From Candidatus Saccharimonadota bacterium (GTDB lineage Bacteria; Patescibacteriota; Gracilibacteria; UBA1369; 2-02-FULL-48-14), in NCBI GenBank assembly GCA_016699145.1, contig CP064962.1, positions 990,001 through 1,022,000 of the forward strand: a DNA stretch of 32,000 nt, written 5' to 3'. Positions 14,472 to 24,023 of the stretch are shown here, piece by piece. A program made the translations under genes and the position numbers. A model generated the notes under the pieces. That model did no database searches, was not told the DNA's origin, and saw nothing but the letters and a program-made list of their open reading frames with translations. Positions within the stretch are counted from its first letter, which is position 1, and each line of letters starts with the position of its first letter.

Positions 14472-17400
14472 ATGGATATCTCTTTCGTAACACGAAAGTT
14501 CCAACGTTCCATAGCTGGTCTTGGACTCGCAGCTCTTCTTGCGACCTCTGTTTTCACAGGGTCTGCATTGGCTGTAGTCTATCCTGATGTAGACAGCCAC
14601 AGTCCCTTCGCGGACCAAATCGGTGCTTTGTCTGATGCGGGAATCATGACCGGTTATGTAAACGGAAACTTCGGAGTCGGTGACACGCTTACACGTGAAC
14701 AGGCCGCTAAAATCCTCGTTCTAGCCTTTGCTACTGAAGTTGAGACCGATGCATCAGTTACTTGCCACGGCTCTTACTCCGCTTGGGCTGAGGATTACCT
14801 CGCTACAGCTAACCTTTACGGCATCCTCGAAGGTGACGGACAGGGAAACTGTAACGCTACCGCTTCTGTAACTCGTGCTGAATTCGCTAAAATGGCAGTG
14901 AGCGCCGCTGGCCTTTCCAATGATGGAACTATGGCTAGCGACTGGTTCTCTGACGTTCAAGACGGAGCTTGGTACGATTCTTACATGGGCACCGCTGTTG
15001 CATACAGCATCATGGGAGGTTATGAAAATGGCCGCATGGGCCCTGGTGACTCTATCACCCGTGGTCAAGCTGCTAAAATGACCTACAACGCCATGAACCC
15101 CGTCTACAATCCTCCGGTTGATCCTGGAGACGATGATGATGACGACGATGATGACGATGTACCTACCGAAGGCGGAGATCTTGAGGTGATTCTTTCTGAC
15201 GAAAGTTCTGAAGACTACACTTACTTCGCAGCAGGAACCAACGCTGAAGTTGCAGTATTCGAAGTTACGGCTTCTGACGAAGACGTACTCATTACTTCCT
15301 TCGCAGTGGAACTTGCTTCCGGAGACGCCGACTCTATCGTGGCTCTTGCTCTCTACAACGAAGAAGGAACTCGTATTTCTCGAGTGGACACTTCTATCGA
15401 CAGCGACGACATTGCTCGCATGACCATGCTTGAAGGAGGCTACACGGTTGAAGCTGGAACTTCTGAATTGTTCCGCCTCGTGAACACCTTCGACACCATT
15501 GTTGGGGGCGCCAATACCTCTACTCTCTACAGCTACGCTTTCGACTCTTCTATGATCGAATCCAATGCTGGAGCAGTAGAAGTTGAAAACGACCTCGTTA
15601 CGGGAATCTTCGGTCTTCTCGATGAGGACACTGGAGAACTTGCCGTAGACGACGGTGGAACTCTCTCTAGCATTCAAGTTGGAGAAACCAATGCAGTCAT
15701 CGCTTCCTTTGAATTGGAAGAGACCAGCAGCGACAAGGACGTATGGCTCTGGGGTATCAGTCTTGAGAACACCGGAACCGCTAACCTTGAAGATGCAGTG
15801 ACCGATCTCGCCCTTTACTGGGATGGAGACTGGGTGGCTGACGGTACTCAATATGGAGAATACATCTCTTTCCAAATGGATGAAGAGACGGCTCCAATGA
15901 TTGAAGCTGGAACCAACGAAGAATTCGAAATCCAAGCTAAGATCATCGGTGAATCCACCGAAGACGTGATTTTCAACGTTGAAGAAGCTCTCGATGTGCT
16001 CGCTAGCGACGAAGACGACAACAACGTTGCCGTTAACGTCAGCGCTTACGCAGGAACCACTGTTGAAATTGAAGCAGGTGCTGTATCCGTTGTTGGATAC
16101 GACGCCGTCTCCGACAAGTTCCGCCCTGATCGTCAGGATGTCGAACTTGGACGCTTCGAAGTCACTCCCGGAACCGATGGTCTCGAACTTGAAACCCTCA
16201 ACATTGACTTCGACATCACTTTAGGTTCCAACACTGGAACATGGTATGTTTCCGATCTCTTTGAGAACTTTGCTGTAGAGTTGAACGGAACCAACTATTC
16301 CATGGACCTCAATGGTGCTGAAGGAACGGGTGAAGAATACACCGTTGATTTGGACAGAACCCTCACTGAAGGAACTGTCTACGAATTCGTTGTAATGGCA
16401 GACACTTTCTCCACTACTGAAGCCGACGCCAATGGAGGAGTGATCGTGGATTACACGACCTTCACCATGGACATGGCTCTTGAAAACCTCGGAGATGGAC
16501 TTTCTACAGACGGTCTCGTTCTCAGCGAAGTTGCTGACAACAACCCCGTTACTGATGTGACGCCTTCTACCGTATCCTTCAGTCAACTTGAAGGAGAAAC
16601 GGCTGGAGTGGCCATCAACGTGGTATCCATCTCTTCTGCTCGTAGCGTTGTAGTAGGAACCGAAGACGTTCTTGCTATGGAATTCGAAGTAGAAGAAGAA
16701 GCAGACGTTTCTGACCTCATCTTCTCTCAAGTAGCTATCGAAGAAGCATCTGGAACAGGTACCTTTGACAACACTGAAGTGAGTCAAGTATCGCTTTACC
16801 AAGTGAACTCTGACGATTCAGAAATTTTGCTCGACGCTGTGTCTGGAAGCCAACTCGCTTCCAACACCGCTGACTTCGATGACTTCGAAGTGATCATTGC
16901 TTCTGGAACCACGGAAACCTTCCGTGTCTACATCGACTTCGTTGATGATGACGCCAATGCTGCTCTCACTTTCGTTGCTGCCATCACTACCTACGATGTA
17001 GAAGATGATGACAATAACCAAGTCTACGATGCAGACGACACCAGCGCTGATGGAGACTTCAACTCTGAAGGGGATCAACCCACTTCTGCTCGTACCATCA
17101 CTCTCGTAGCTTCTGGTATTCTCTACGTTGAAATGGATAACGAAGACAACACCTACGACACTGCGAACCGTCGTTGGATCCAAATGGGTGAAGATGACGA
17201 AGGTCTCGCCGCCCTCGCTCTTCGTGCTGATAACGAAGATGTGACTCTGGAAGAATGGAAATTGATTCTCAACAGCACTGCTTCAACTGCAGTTACTGGT
17301 GACGCCGACGTTACTGCGGCAACTGCACTTGCATTGCCCACTGCTGTCGCTGGACAGTTGAAGAAGACCGGTGCCGCTGGTACCGCCTTCATCCCTGGAA

Positions 17401-18818
17401 CCGACGGTGCTTACACCGACGTGGACAATGATGGAACCGTAACTGCAGGGGACATCCGTCTCGTTGCAGGAGGAACCATTGCCAACGGTTACGGTTACGC
17501 CAACGGAACCACCGTTGCTGCTGGAGACACTGATCTCACAACTGCACTTGCATTACCCACTTCTATCGTTGGTCAATTGCGCAAGACGGGTGCTGCTGGT
17601 ACTGCCTTCGTGGTTGGAACCGATGCTGCTTACCTCGACGTTAATAACGATGGAACCGTAACTGCAGGGGACATCCGTATTGTTGAAGGAAGCACGGCTG
17701 CAACTGGACTTGATAAGCTCGGAAACCTTTCCGATGTCTTCTCAGATATCAGTATCTACAACGAAGACGGAGTCCTCGTTGGGACGAAGAGCCTCTCGAA
17801 CCAAACCAACATGATTTTGTTCGACTCTACTTCAACGGAATTGTCCGCTATGGTAGACACCACCACCACGTACTACATCACTGGAGATCTCAACAACTAC
17901 GGTGAAAACTACGTTGGTAACCTCTACTCCACTCCGACAGTGGGGGTAGGTTCAGCTCTTAGTACTAACCTCTCAACCGTAACAGCAGGATTCCAGGCCA
18001 ACCTTGGATGGACCGTCACTGCCGTTGAGGCAACTGGAGACTCCTCCAATGCAGCCCTCGACGAAAATGGAAACGGAGACAGTACTGAAGCTGCTGGAGA
18101 AGTCGCTTACGGTTCTACCACTTCTGGTAGCCGTGCAGACGATGACGCTACACCTTTCACAAGCACTTCTGAACTCTTCGGTTACATTGCTTCTGAACTC
18201 ATCGAAGTTGAACTCTTAGAAGAAGCAGAAGGAGTAAGCGTCTCTTCCGATCTCGGTACCGGAACGATGAACCTTGGAATTGTGGCTATCACCAACAATT
18301 CTACAGAAAACATCGAAGCTGATGGAACCGATCTCAAGACTCAACTCGAAAGCATTGCTTTCCAAGTCAACAAAAACACCGACTTAGTTATTGATACCCT
18401 GACCATCGAGCGTATCGGTGGAGTTGGCTCCACTGTTGCCGGAAATGTTGTATTGAACTCGAACCAAGCTGCTGCTACCAGCGCAAGTGCCCTCTCCGCA
18501 GGCGAGACCAACACAACTGTGCTTAGATTCTTGGACCTTGACGGCAGCGCCGGTTTTGGCACGGACGATGAAATAGCTCCTGGTGAAACTGCTTACTACC
18601 TTGTACAAGGTAACGTAACCGCTTTGGGCGCCGGTGCTTCCGATGACTTCATTGAGCTTTCAATGGAAGATCTCATGGACACCTCAACTAGCCAAAATAG
18701 TGGAGATGGTAACGTACACTGGTACGACAGTTTGACCACTGGGGTTACTCAGCGCTCTGCTGTTTACATGGGAAGTACCACCGACATCGATGCCGTTCGT
18801 GTTGCTGAAATTGACTAA
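14472..18818 (+). CDS. Secreted, highly acidic SLH-domain surface (S-layer-like) protein, 1448 aa
   Basis: A signal peptide (ends GSALA/VVYPD) is followed by three S-layer-homology repeats (about nt 14577-15117), including FADQIGALSDAGIMTGYVNGNFGVGDTLTREQAAKIL, YLATANLYGILEG...VTRAEFAKMAV and YMGTAVAYSIMGGYENGRMGPGDSITRGQAAKM. A D10 linker (15129-15158) leads to about 1200 aa of D/E/T/S/G-rich repetitive modules. A strong terminator lies right after the stop. Confidence 0.85.
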   Translation: MDISFVTRKFQRSIAGLGLAALLATSVFTGSALAVVYPDVDSHSPFADQIGALSDAGIMTGYVNGNFGVGDTLTREQAAKILVLAFATEVETDASVTCHGSYSAWAEDYLATANLYGILEGDGQGNCNATASVTRAEFAKMAVSAAGLSNDGTMASDWFSDVQDGAWYDSYMGTAVAYSIMGGYENGRMGPGDSITRGQAAKMTYNAMNPVYNPPVDPGDDDDDDDDDDVPTEGGDLEVILSDESSEDYTYFAAGTNAEVAVFEVTASDEDVLITSFAVELASGDADSIVALALYNEEGTRISRVDTSIDSDDIARMTMLEGGYTVEAGTSELFRLVNTFDTIVGGANTSTLYSYAFDSSMIESNAGAVEVENDLVTGIFGLLDEDTGELAVDDGGTLSSIQVGETNAVIASFELEETSSDKDVWLWGISLENTGTANLEDAVTDLALYWDGDWVADGTQYGEYISFQMDEETAPMIEAGTNEEFEIQAKIIGESTEDVIFNVEEALDVLASDEDDNNVAVNVSAYAGTTVEIEAGAVSVVGYDAVSDKFRPDRQDVELGRFEVTPGTDGLELETLNIDFDITLGSNTGTWYVSDLFENFAVELNGTNYSMDLNGAEGTGEEYTVDLDRTLTEGTVYEFVVMADTFSTTEADANGGVIVDYTTFTMDMALENLGDGLSTDGLVLSEVADNNPVTDVTPSTVSFSQLEGETAGVAINVVSISSARSVVVGTEDVLAMEFEVEEEADVSDLIFSQVAIEEASGTGTFDNTEVSQVSLYQVNSDDSEILLDAVSGSQLASNTADFDDFEVIIASGTTETFRVYIDFVDDDANAALTFVAAITTYDVEDDDNNQVYDADDTSADGDFNSEGDQPTSARTITLVASGILYVEMDNEDNTYDTANRRWIQMGEDDEGLAALALRADNEDVTLEEWKLILNSTASTAVTGDADVTAATALALPTAVAGQLKKTGAAGTAFIPGTDGAYTDVDNDGTVTAGDIRLVAGGTIANGYGYANGTTVAAGDTDLTTALALPTSIVGQLRKTGAAGTAFVVGTDAAYLDVNNDGTVTAGDIRIVEGSTAATGLDKLGNLSDVFSDISIYNEDGVLVGTKSLSNQTNMILFDSTSTELSAMVDTTTTYYITGDLNNYGENYVGNLYSTPTVGVGSALSTNLSTVTAGFQANLGWTVTAVEATGDSSNAALDENGNGDSTEAAGEVAYGSTTSGSRADDDATPFTSTSELFGYIASELIEVELLEEAEGVSVSSDLGTGTMNLGIVAITNNSTENIEADGTDLKTQLESIAFQVNKNTDLVIDTLTIERIGGVGSTVAGNVVLNSNQAAATSASALSAGETNTTVLRFLDLDGSAGFGTDDEIAPGETAYYLVQGNVTALGAGASDDFIELSMEDLMDTSTSQNSGDGNVHWYDSLTTGVTQRSAVYMGSTTDIDAVRVAEID
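17298..17700 (+). repeat. Intragenic tandem duplication (219/225-nt units) encoding Ca-loop-like DxDNDGTVTAGD modules
   Basis: Unit 1 is GDADVTAATALALPTAVAGQLKKTGAAGTAFIPGTDGAYTDVDNDGTVTAGDIRLV. Unit 2 is GDTDLTTALALPTSIVGQLRKTGAAGTAFVVGTDAAYLDVNNDGTVTAGDIRIV. The 30-nt stretch gatggaaccgtaactgcaggggacatccgt is identical at 17430-17459 and 17649-17678. Confidence 0.85.
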
Positions 18819-18855
18819 TTTCACACACAACTAGCATTGCTCTAGGTTAAACATT

Positions 18856-18888
18856 GGCCCCCTCTCGAAAGAGAGGGGGCTTTTGTGT
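18856..18888 (+). terminator. Intrinsic terminator of the SLH-protein gene
   Basis: GCCCCCTCTC-GAAA-GAGAGGGGGC (perfect 10-bp GC-rich stem with a tetraloop) is followed by TTTTGTGTT, about 38 nt after the stop. Confidence 0.85.
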
Positions 18889-18934
18889 TGAGTCGAATTT
18901 GTTTATACTAAAAGTGAATCAAACATTTCAAACA

Positions 18935-19330
18935 ATGGATACACTCAAATGGGAACATAAAAAGGAGAACTACAAAAAAGCACTGGCTGCTCTGGAAGAA
19001 GCAGTTCTTGAGTATCAAAAAAATCCAGAAAATAAAACCATTCGAGCCGGCCTGATTCAGCATTTTGAATTTTGCATAGAACTGGCATGGAAACTACTTA
19101 AATTTCAATTGGAAGAAGGATTGAATCAGCAAAGCACTTCTCCAAAAGAAGTCGTTCGTGCAGCGTATGAAGCCAAGCTCATAAACAATGGGGAGCTTTG
19201 GCTTAAGATGCTCAGTGATAGGAATGACAGCTCCCACAATTACGATGAAGCCTTGGCTCAAAAGTTGTGCGAAGAAATCATAGGACCTTATGCCACTACT
19301 TTAAAAACCTTGCATGACAGTCTCCAATAA
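18935..19330 (+). CDS. HEPN-domain protein, HI0074-like (nucleotidyltransferase substrate-binding family); putative type VII toxin
   Basis: The track ORF starts at 18854 inside the terminator, so I prefer the ATG at 18935 (MDTLKWEHKKENYKKAL...). The Rx4HxY HEPN motif is intact (RNDSSHNY, nt 19220-19243), and the helical HFEFCIELAWKLLK pattern is typical of the family. Confidence 0.8.
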   Translation: MDTLKWEHKKENYKKALAALEEAVLEYQKNPENKTIRAGLIQHFEFCIELAWKLLKFQLEEGLNQQSTSPKEVVRAAYEAKLINNGELWLKMLSDRNDSSHNYDEALAQKLCEEIIGPYATTLKTLHDSLQ

Positions 19331-19640
19331 AAAAGACATCGGTCTCAAAGAAGAACAGCTCACCAGCATTCAGGCTTTAGCGAAAAAAGTGCCAGAGATT
19401 TCAAAAATCATCTTATTTGGCTCCCGTGCAAAAGGCACTCACAAAGAACGTTCGGATGTGGATCTATGTCTTGTTTTAGAAAATCCTGAAAGCTCCGACT
19501 CTCTCCATTTTAAACTGGATTTGGAAGAGGAAACCGTCATCCCTTATCAGTTCGACGTGGTTTATTTAGACGCCATAAAAGATCCTCGTTTTAAAGCGGA
19601 AATATTGAATCACGGTAAAATCATTTACACCAAAGCTTAA
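19314..19640 (+). CDS. Minimal nucleotidyltransferase (MNT) domain protein; putative cognate antitoxin
   Basis: 108 aa with the Pol-beta-type NTase motif ILFGSRAKGTHKERSDVDLCL (GS...DxD). It overlaps the HEPN gene by 17 nt. Confidence 0.8.
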   Translation: MTVSNKKDIGLKEEQLTSIQALAKKVPEISKIILFGSRAKGTHKERSDVDLCLVLENPESSDSLHFKLDLEEETVIPYQFDVVYLDAIKDPRFKAEILNHGKIIYTKA

Positions 19641-20896
19641 GTCCCCTCCTGCCATGAACGCAGGTAGTGCTTTTGCTTGGCCGTGAGCGTGTCGATGCGA
19701 AGGCCCAAGGCCTTGAGTTGCAAGGCTGCAATCCCCTGATCCACTTCGCTAGGTAAGGTGTAGACACGGGCCTCCAGCTTTTTGGCATTCTTCACCAAAT
19801 ATTCACACGCAAGGGCCTGCCCACAAAAACTCAAAGACATCACCTCGCTGGGGTGTCCCTCCGCCGCGGCCAAATTCACCAAACGTCCTTCGCCCAGCAC
19901 ATAAATCACCCTACCGCTCGGCAGCGTAAATTCCTGCATAGAAGGCCGTATGGCGCACACCGTCTTCGCAAAGGCACGAAGGCCCTTCATGTCGATTTCA
20001 CAGTCGAAATGCCCGCTATTCGCCAAAATGGCACCGCTCTTCATGGCCTTCACGTGAGCCACCGTGATCACATCAATATCCCCGGTCACCGTCACAAACA
20101 AATCTCCAAGGGGAGCCGCTTCCTTCATCGTCATCACGCGGTGTCCATCCATCGCAGCTTGCAAAGCCCTAAAAGGATCCACTTCAGTCACAATCACCTG
20201 AGTGCCCATGCCACGCAGGCGCAGAGCCACTCCTTTTCCACAAGAACCATAGCCAGCCACCACCGCCGTTTTGCCCGCAAACAAAGTGTTGCTGGCGCGC
20301 AAAATTCCATCCAAAGTGGACTGACCTGTGCCGTACAAATTGTCCATCAAATGTTTCGTTTGATTGTCGTTCACTGCAATCATGGGGAAGGGGAGCACCC
20401 CTTCTTTTTCCATGGCCTTGAGTCGCAAAACTCCCGTCGTTGTTTCTTCACAGCCGCCCAGCACTTGAGCGGCTTTTTTGCGTTCTCGCGTAGCCAAAGC
20501 CGTCACAAGATCACAACCGTCATCAATCACCAAATGCGGAGCAAAATCCAGCACTTTTTGCAAATAAGCATAATAGTCTTTGGTGCTTTCGCCTTTGTGC
20601 CCATAAGCCTCAATGTTTTTTTCAGTGTTCAAAGCCGCTGCAATGTCATCTTGCGTGGACAAAGGATTGCAACTGCACAGAGCCACCTTCGCTCCGCCAT
20701 CACGCAAAGTGCGCACTAAAACCGCTGTCTCTTTTGTGATGTGTAGCGCGAGCCCAATGCGAAGTCCCTTAAAGGGCTGCTCCTTTTTGAAACGAGCGCG
20801 GATCACCATGAGTGCCTGTATGTTTTTTTCGGCAAGTTCAATATTCAGCCGACCTTGGGTCGCAAGTTTGGAGGAAGTGGTTTTTTTCAAAGGCAT
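19637..20896 (-). CDS. ahcY: Adenosylhomocysteinase
   Basis: The track ORF is 19637..21046, but its first 50 codons overlap metK. The ATG at 20896 (MPLKKTTSSKLATQGRLNIELAEKNI...) sits 10 nt after the metK stop. Family hallmarks are present: LHITKETAVLVRTL, NPLSTQDD, DDGCDL, EETTTGV, AVNDNQTKH and the NAD motif VAGYGSCGKG. Confidence 0.92.
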   Translation of the reverse strand: MPLKKTTSSKLATQGRLNIELAEKNIQALMVIRARFKKEQPFKGLRIGLALHITKETAVLVRTLRDGGAKVALCSCNPLSTQDDIAAALNTEKNIEAYGHKGESTKDYYAYLQKVLDFAPHLVIDDGCDLVTALATRERKKAAQVLGGCEETTTGVLRLKAMEKEGVLPFPMIAVNDNQTKHLMDNLYGTGQSTLDGILRASNTLFAGKTAVVAGYGSCGKGVALRLRGMGTQVIVTEVDPFRALQAAMDGHRVMTMKEAAPLGDLFVTVTGDIDVITVAHVKAMKSGAILANSGHFDCEIDMKGLRAFAKTVCAIRPSMQEFTLPSGRVIYVLGEGRLVNLAAAEGHPSEVMSLSFCGQALACEYLVKNAKKLEARVYTLPSEVDQGIAALQLKALGLRIDTLTAKQKHYLRSWQEGT

Positions 20897-20906
20897 GGAA
20901 AAAGAG

Positions 20907-22040
20907 TTAAACAAGGCGAGCGGCGAGGGCAGCGGCACGATCGGTTTTCTCCCAAGAAAATTCAGGGAGTTCACGACCAAAGTGCCCATAAGCAGCCGTC
21001 TTTTTGTAAATGGGACGGCGCAAATCCAAAGTTTCAATAATTCCATTTGGAGTGAGATCGAATTCCTCCTTCACCCATTCGGCAAGCTGAGCATCCGAAA
21101 CCTTAGCTGTGCCAAAACTGTTCACATACACCGAAACCGGTTCCTTCACGCCAATGGCATAAGCAATTTGAATTTCCACTTTTTCAGCCAAGCCCGCCGC
21201 CACCAAATTTTTAGCAATGTAGCGGCCCATATAGGCCCCACTGCGATCCACTTTGCTGGGATCTTTTCCCGAAAAACATCCGCCTCCGTGGTGCCCCATG
21301 CCTCCATAAGTGTCCACAATGATTTTTCGCCCGGTGAGGCCACTGTCCCCTGGAGGGCCTCCAATAATGAAGCGTCCCGTGGGGTTCACATGAAGCATCG
21401 TCTTCTCATCTAAATAAGCCCCGCACACCGGACGAATCACTTCGCGCAAAACGTCTTCTTTGATTTGCTGCTGATCGACTTCGGGCCCATGCTGTGTGGA
21501 CAAAACCACCGTATGCACGCGTCGAGCTTTGCCATCGTCTCCATACTCCACCGTCACTTGGCTTTTCCCATCCGGGCGTAAATAGGGCAGCAGGCCGCTC
21601 TTCCGCACTTCAGCCAGGCGCGCCGTGAGCTGATGGGCCAGAGCAATAGGCAAGGGCATGAGCTCGGGTGTTTCACGACATGCATAACCGAACATCATTC
21701 CTTGATCCCCAGCGCCGCCCGTATCCACACCCAAAGCAATGTCCGGGCTTTGTTCATCAATGGCCGTCAAAACCGCACAAGCCTTGGAGTCGAAACCGTA
21801 AGAGGCATCGTTGTAACCCACTTCATCAATCACACTGCGAGCGATTTTAGGAATATCCACATAAGTCGTGGTGCTGATTTCACCCGCCAATAAAACAAGC
21901 CCCGTCGTCACCAAAGTTTCACATGCCACACGTCCATTGGGATCCGCCTTCAAAATGGCATCCAAAACCGCATCCGAAATCAGATCTGCAATTTTATCGG
22001 GATGACCCTCGGTGACGGATTCGGAAGTGAATAAAAACAT
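20907..22040 (-). CDS. metK: S-adenosylmethionine synthase
   Basis: 377 aa containing [65 protein letters not shown] and YAIGV, the canonical MetK motifs. Confidence 0.95.
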   Translation of the reverse strand: MFLFTSESVTEGHPDKIADLISDAVLDAILKADPNGRVACETLVTTGLVLLAGEISTTTYVDIPKIARSVIDEVGYNDASYGFDSKACAVLTAIDEQSPDIALGVDTGGAGDQGMMFGYACRETPELMPLPIALAHQLTARLAEVRKSGLLPYLRPDGKSQVTVEYGDDGKARRVHTVVLSTQHGPEVDQQQIKEDVLREVIRPVCGAYLDEKTMLHVNPTGRFIIGGPPGDSGLTGRKIIVDTYGGMGHHGGGCFSGKDPSKVDRSGAYMGRYIAKNLVAAGLAEKVEIQIAYAIGVKEPVSVYVNSFGTAKVSDAQLAEWVKEEFDLTPNGIIETLDLRRPIYKKTAAYGHFGRELPEFSWEKTDRAAALAARLV

Positions 22041-22053
22041 AAAAAAGACAAGC

Positions 22054-24015
22054 TTATATACTACAGGATTTACAAAACTCGCTCAAGGTCATGAACTCTA
22101 GGCCAAAGGTTTCCTTCAGCAGGCTGAGTTTTTTAGCCACTTCCGTGAACGAAGCGCCATCGCCAAATTCAAGACTGTTCCACTCAAAAATAATGAACGG
22201 CTTCACGCCATTTTGTTTTTGATAATTGCGAATACGATGCAGAGTTTCCAACCACTCTTTGTCTGAAAGACGGAGCAAAGTTTCCACATTCATGCGCACG
22301 ATTTTTCCAAAAGGAAGGCCATAACGCCACACAATCATAGGGTCGGGATCTTCCGTGATGGGCAAGCAGTCGAACCCCAATTCATGCGCCGCTTCCAAGT
22401 CCTCTTCATCTGGGGGAAGGGGAGCTTTGAAAAAACGCAGCGCATTCAAGCCCAGAGCCGTGACTGCATCACGAGCCTCTCGCAAAGCCTTCTTTTTAAG
22501 AGGCATGCTCAGCCATTCTTTTTGCAAAAAATATACGCCCATTTCATGCCCACTTTCGCTCAAACCGCTGAGTTCTTCGCCAAACGATTCCAATAAATCG
22601 GACGGCATAAAAAAAGTGCTGGGCATATTCCATTGAGCTGAAAATTCCGAATAGCGCTCCAAAAAAGGCAAGAGCAAAGAGTCTTCATGCGGCAGTCCGG
22701 AACTTTCTTGCAAGAGATCGACAGTCATACAAAATTGAAAAGGCACTTTTTGATTGGAATGCTTGCGATAGATGCGCGAACGCAGCAAGGCACAAGGCAA
22801 AGTAAAGGGGCTGAGTAAAGTGTCTTTTTGAGCCATTTTTCTCAGTGCTCGCTCTTGAATCACACGTTCATAAATGCGCAGCATTTTCTCCAAAATCAAA
22901 TCCCAATTGTATTCTTGCATCACCAATTCGTAACTGCCCTGGCCCAAGCGCTCCAATGAAGGATTGCTGGCAAAATGCTCCAAATAAAAAGCCATTTCAT
23001 TCACATCGTCCGGTTCCACCAAATGTCCGTTGAGTTTTTCTAAAACCAATTTTTTCAAATCCCCCACTTGAGTCGCCAAAATGGGCAAACGCGCGGCGCA
23101 GGCTTCCAGCACTGCAAAAGGGAGGGCTTCCAACCGAGAAGGCAAAACAAAAAGATCGGAGTTTTTATAAAGATGAATCAACGCTTCACCTTGCACCAAG
23201 CCATGAAACCGGATGTATTTTTGAATGCCCAATTTATCAGCCAAACCTTCGAGCATGGCCCGGTCGGGGCCCACGCCCGCCAAATGCAATTGAAAATCTT
23301 TGTGCGACTGAATGAATCCATTGCTCTCAATCACTTTTTGAGTGGCTCTAAAAAGCAGATCCAATCCCTTGGCAAGATCCAAACGCCCCACATAAAGCAC
23401 ATTGAATTTTTCAGGATCTTTTTCGGCTTCCACCGCATCAAAAGGAGCGGTGTCCACTCCATAAGGCACCACCATCACATTTTCATTCACGTTGTTGGCT
23501 TTCAAAAAGGCTTCTCCAATACTGAGCTGCTGACTGTATTTCGTTTCCAAAAACATCACGCGATGCACGATTTTTCTCAAAGTCCAACTGCGATCAAACA
23601 CATGGTTGGCATGCACGGTGAGCAAGGTGGGCACACCCGTAAACCAAGATGCGGCCTTCATTGCAAAAGCAGAAGTGGCGGTATGAGCATGGTAAAGGCG
23701 ATATTTTTTACCTGCAAAAACAAGCGCTAAAAACACGCGCAGCACATACCACAGTTGCATAAGATGGTTCCAAGGATGACTGGCAAAACCGATGCGTTTC
23801 ACACGAATGGCTTCCGCATCTTCCACGGCCCTTTCTTCAGTCGTCAGTTTTCCTTGAATGGCACGCGTAAAAATATCCACTTCATAGCCGTATTCACGGG
23901 CCAAGGCTTCTGAAAGTTTAGCCGCATACACTTGCTCGCCCGTGTGCACCGGGAACCAAGTATCGATGAGCATGGCGATGCGCGGCTTTTTACGGACAAT
24001 TTTTCGGATTTCCAT
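22054..24015 (-). CDS. Two-domain protein: N-terminal GT4 glycosyltransferase fused to a divergent polysaccharide-deacetylase-like (NodB/CE4-like) C-terminal domain
   Basis: 653 aa. Residues of about 1-390 are GT-B/GT4 ([18 protein letters not shown]..., [33 protein letters not shown]). Residues of about 420-650 have NodB-like landmarks in order ([30 protein letters not shown]), but the canonical DD and HxxxH metal ligands are not conserved. Confidence 0.7.
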   Translation of the reverse strand: MEIRKIVRKKPRIAMLIDTWFPVHTGEQVYAAKLSEALAREYGYEVDIFTRAIQGKLTTEERAVEDAEAIRVKRIGFASHPWNHLMQLWYVLRVFLALVFAGKKYRLYHAHTATSAFAMKAASWFTGVPTLLTVHANHVFDRSWTLRKIVHRVMFLETKYSQQLSIGEAFLKANNVNENVMVVPYGVDTAPFDAVEAEKDPEKFNVLYVGRLDLAKGLDLLFRATQKVIESNGFIQSHKDFQLHLAGVGPDRAMLEGLADKLGIQKYIRFHGLVQGEALIHLYKNSDLFVLPSRLEALPFAVLEACAARLPILATQVGDLKKLVLEKLNGHLVEPDDVNEMAFYLEHFASNPSLERLGQGSYELVMQEYNWDLILEKMLRIYERVIQERALRKMAQKDTLLSPFTLPCALLRSRIYRKHSNQKVPFQFCMTVDLLQESSGLPHEDSLLLPFLERYSEFSAQWNMPSTFFMPSDLLESFGEELSGLSESGHEMGVYFLQKEWLSMPLKKKALREARDAVTALGLNALRFFKAPLPPDEEDLEAAHELGFDCLPITEDPDPMIVWRYGLPFGKIVRMNVETLLRLSDKEWLETLHRIRNYQKQNGVKPFIIFEWNSLEFGDGASFTEVAKKLSLLKETFGLEFMTLSEFCKSCSI

Positions 24016-24023
24016 AGATGAAA

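Noticed and set aside
14754-15935. 393-aa antisense ORF inside the SLH-protein gene (also 16221..16802, 16818..17183, 17153..17392)
   Set aside because: These are shadow ORFs created by the stop-poor, GAN/GNN-rich codon bias of the sense gene. The products are low-complexity with no motifs, whereas the sense frame has a signal peptide and SLH domains.
19853-21413. 288-aa and 266-aa plus-strand ORFs
   Set aside because: They are antisense to ahcY and metK, whose identities are certain.
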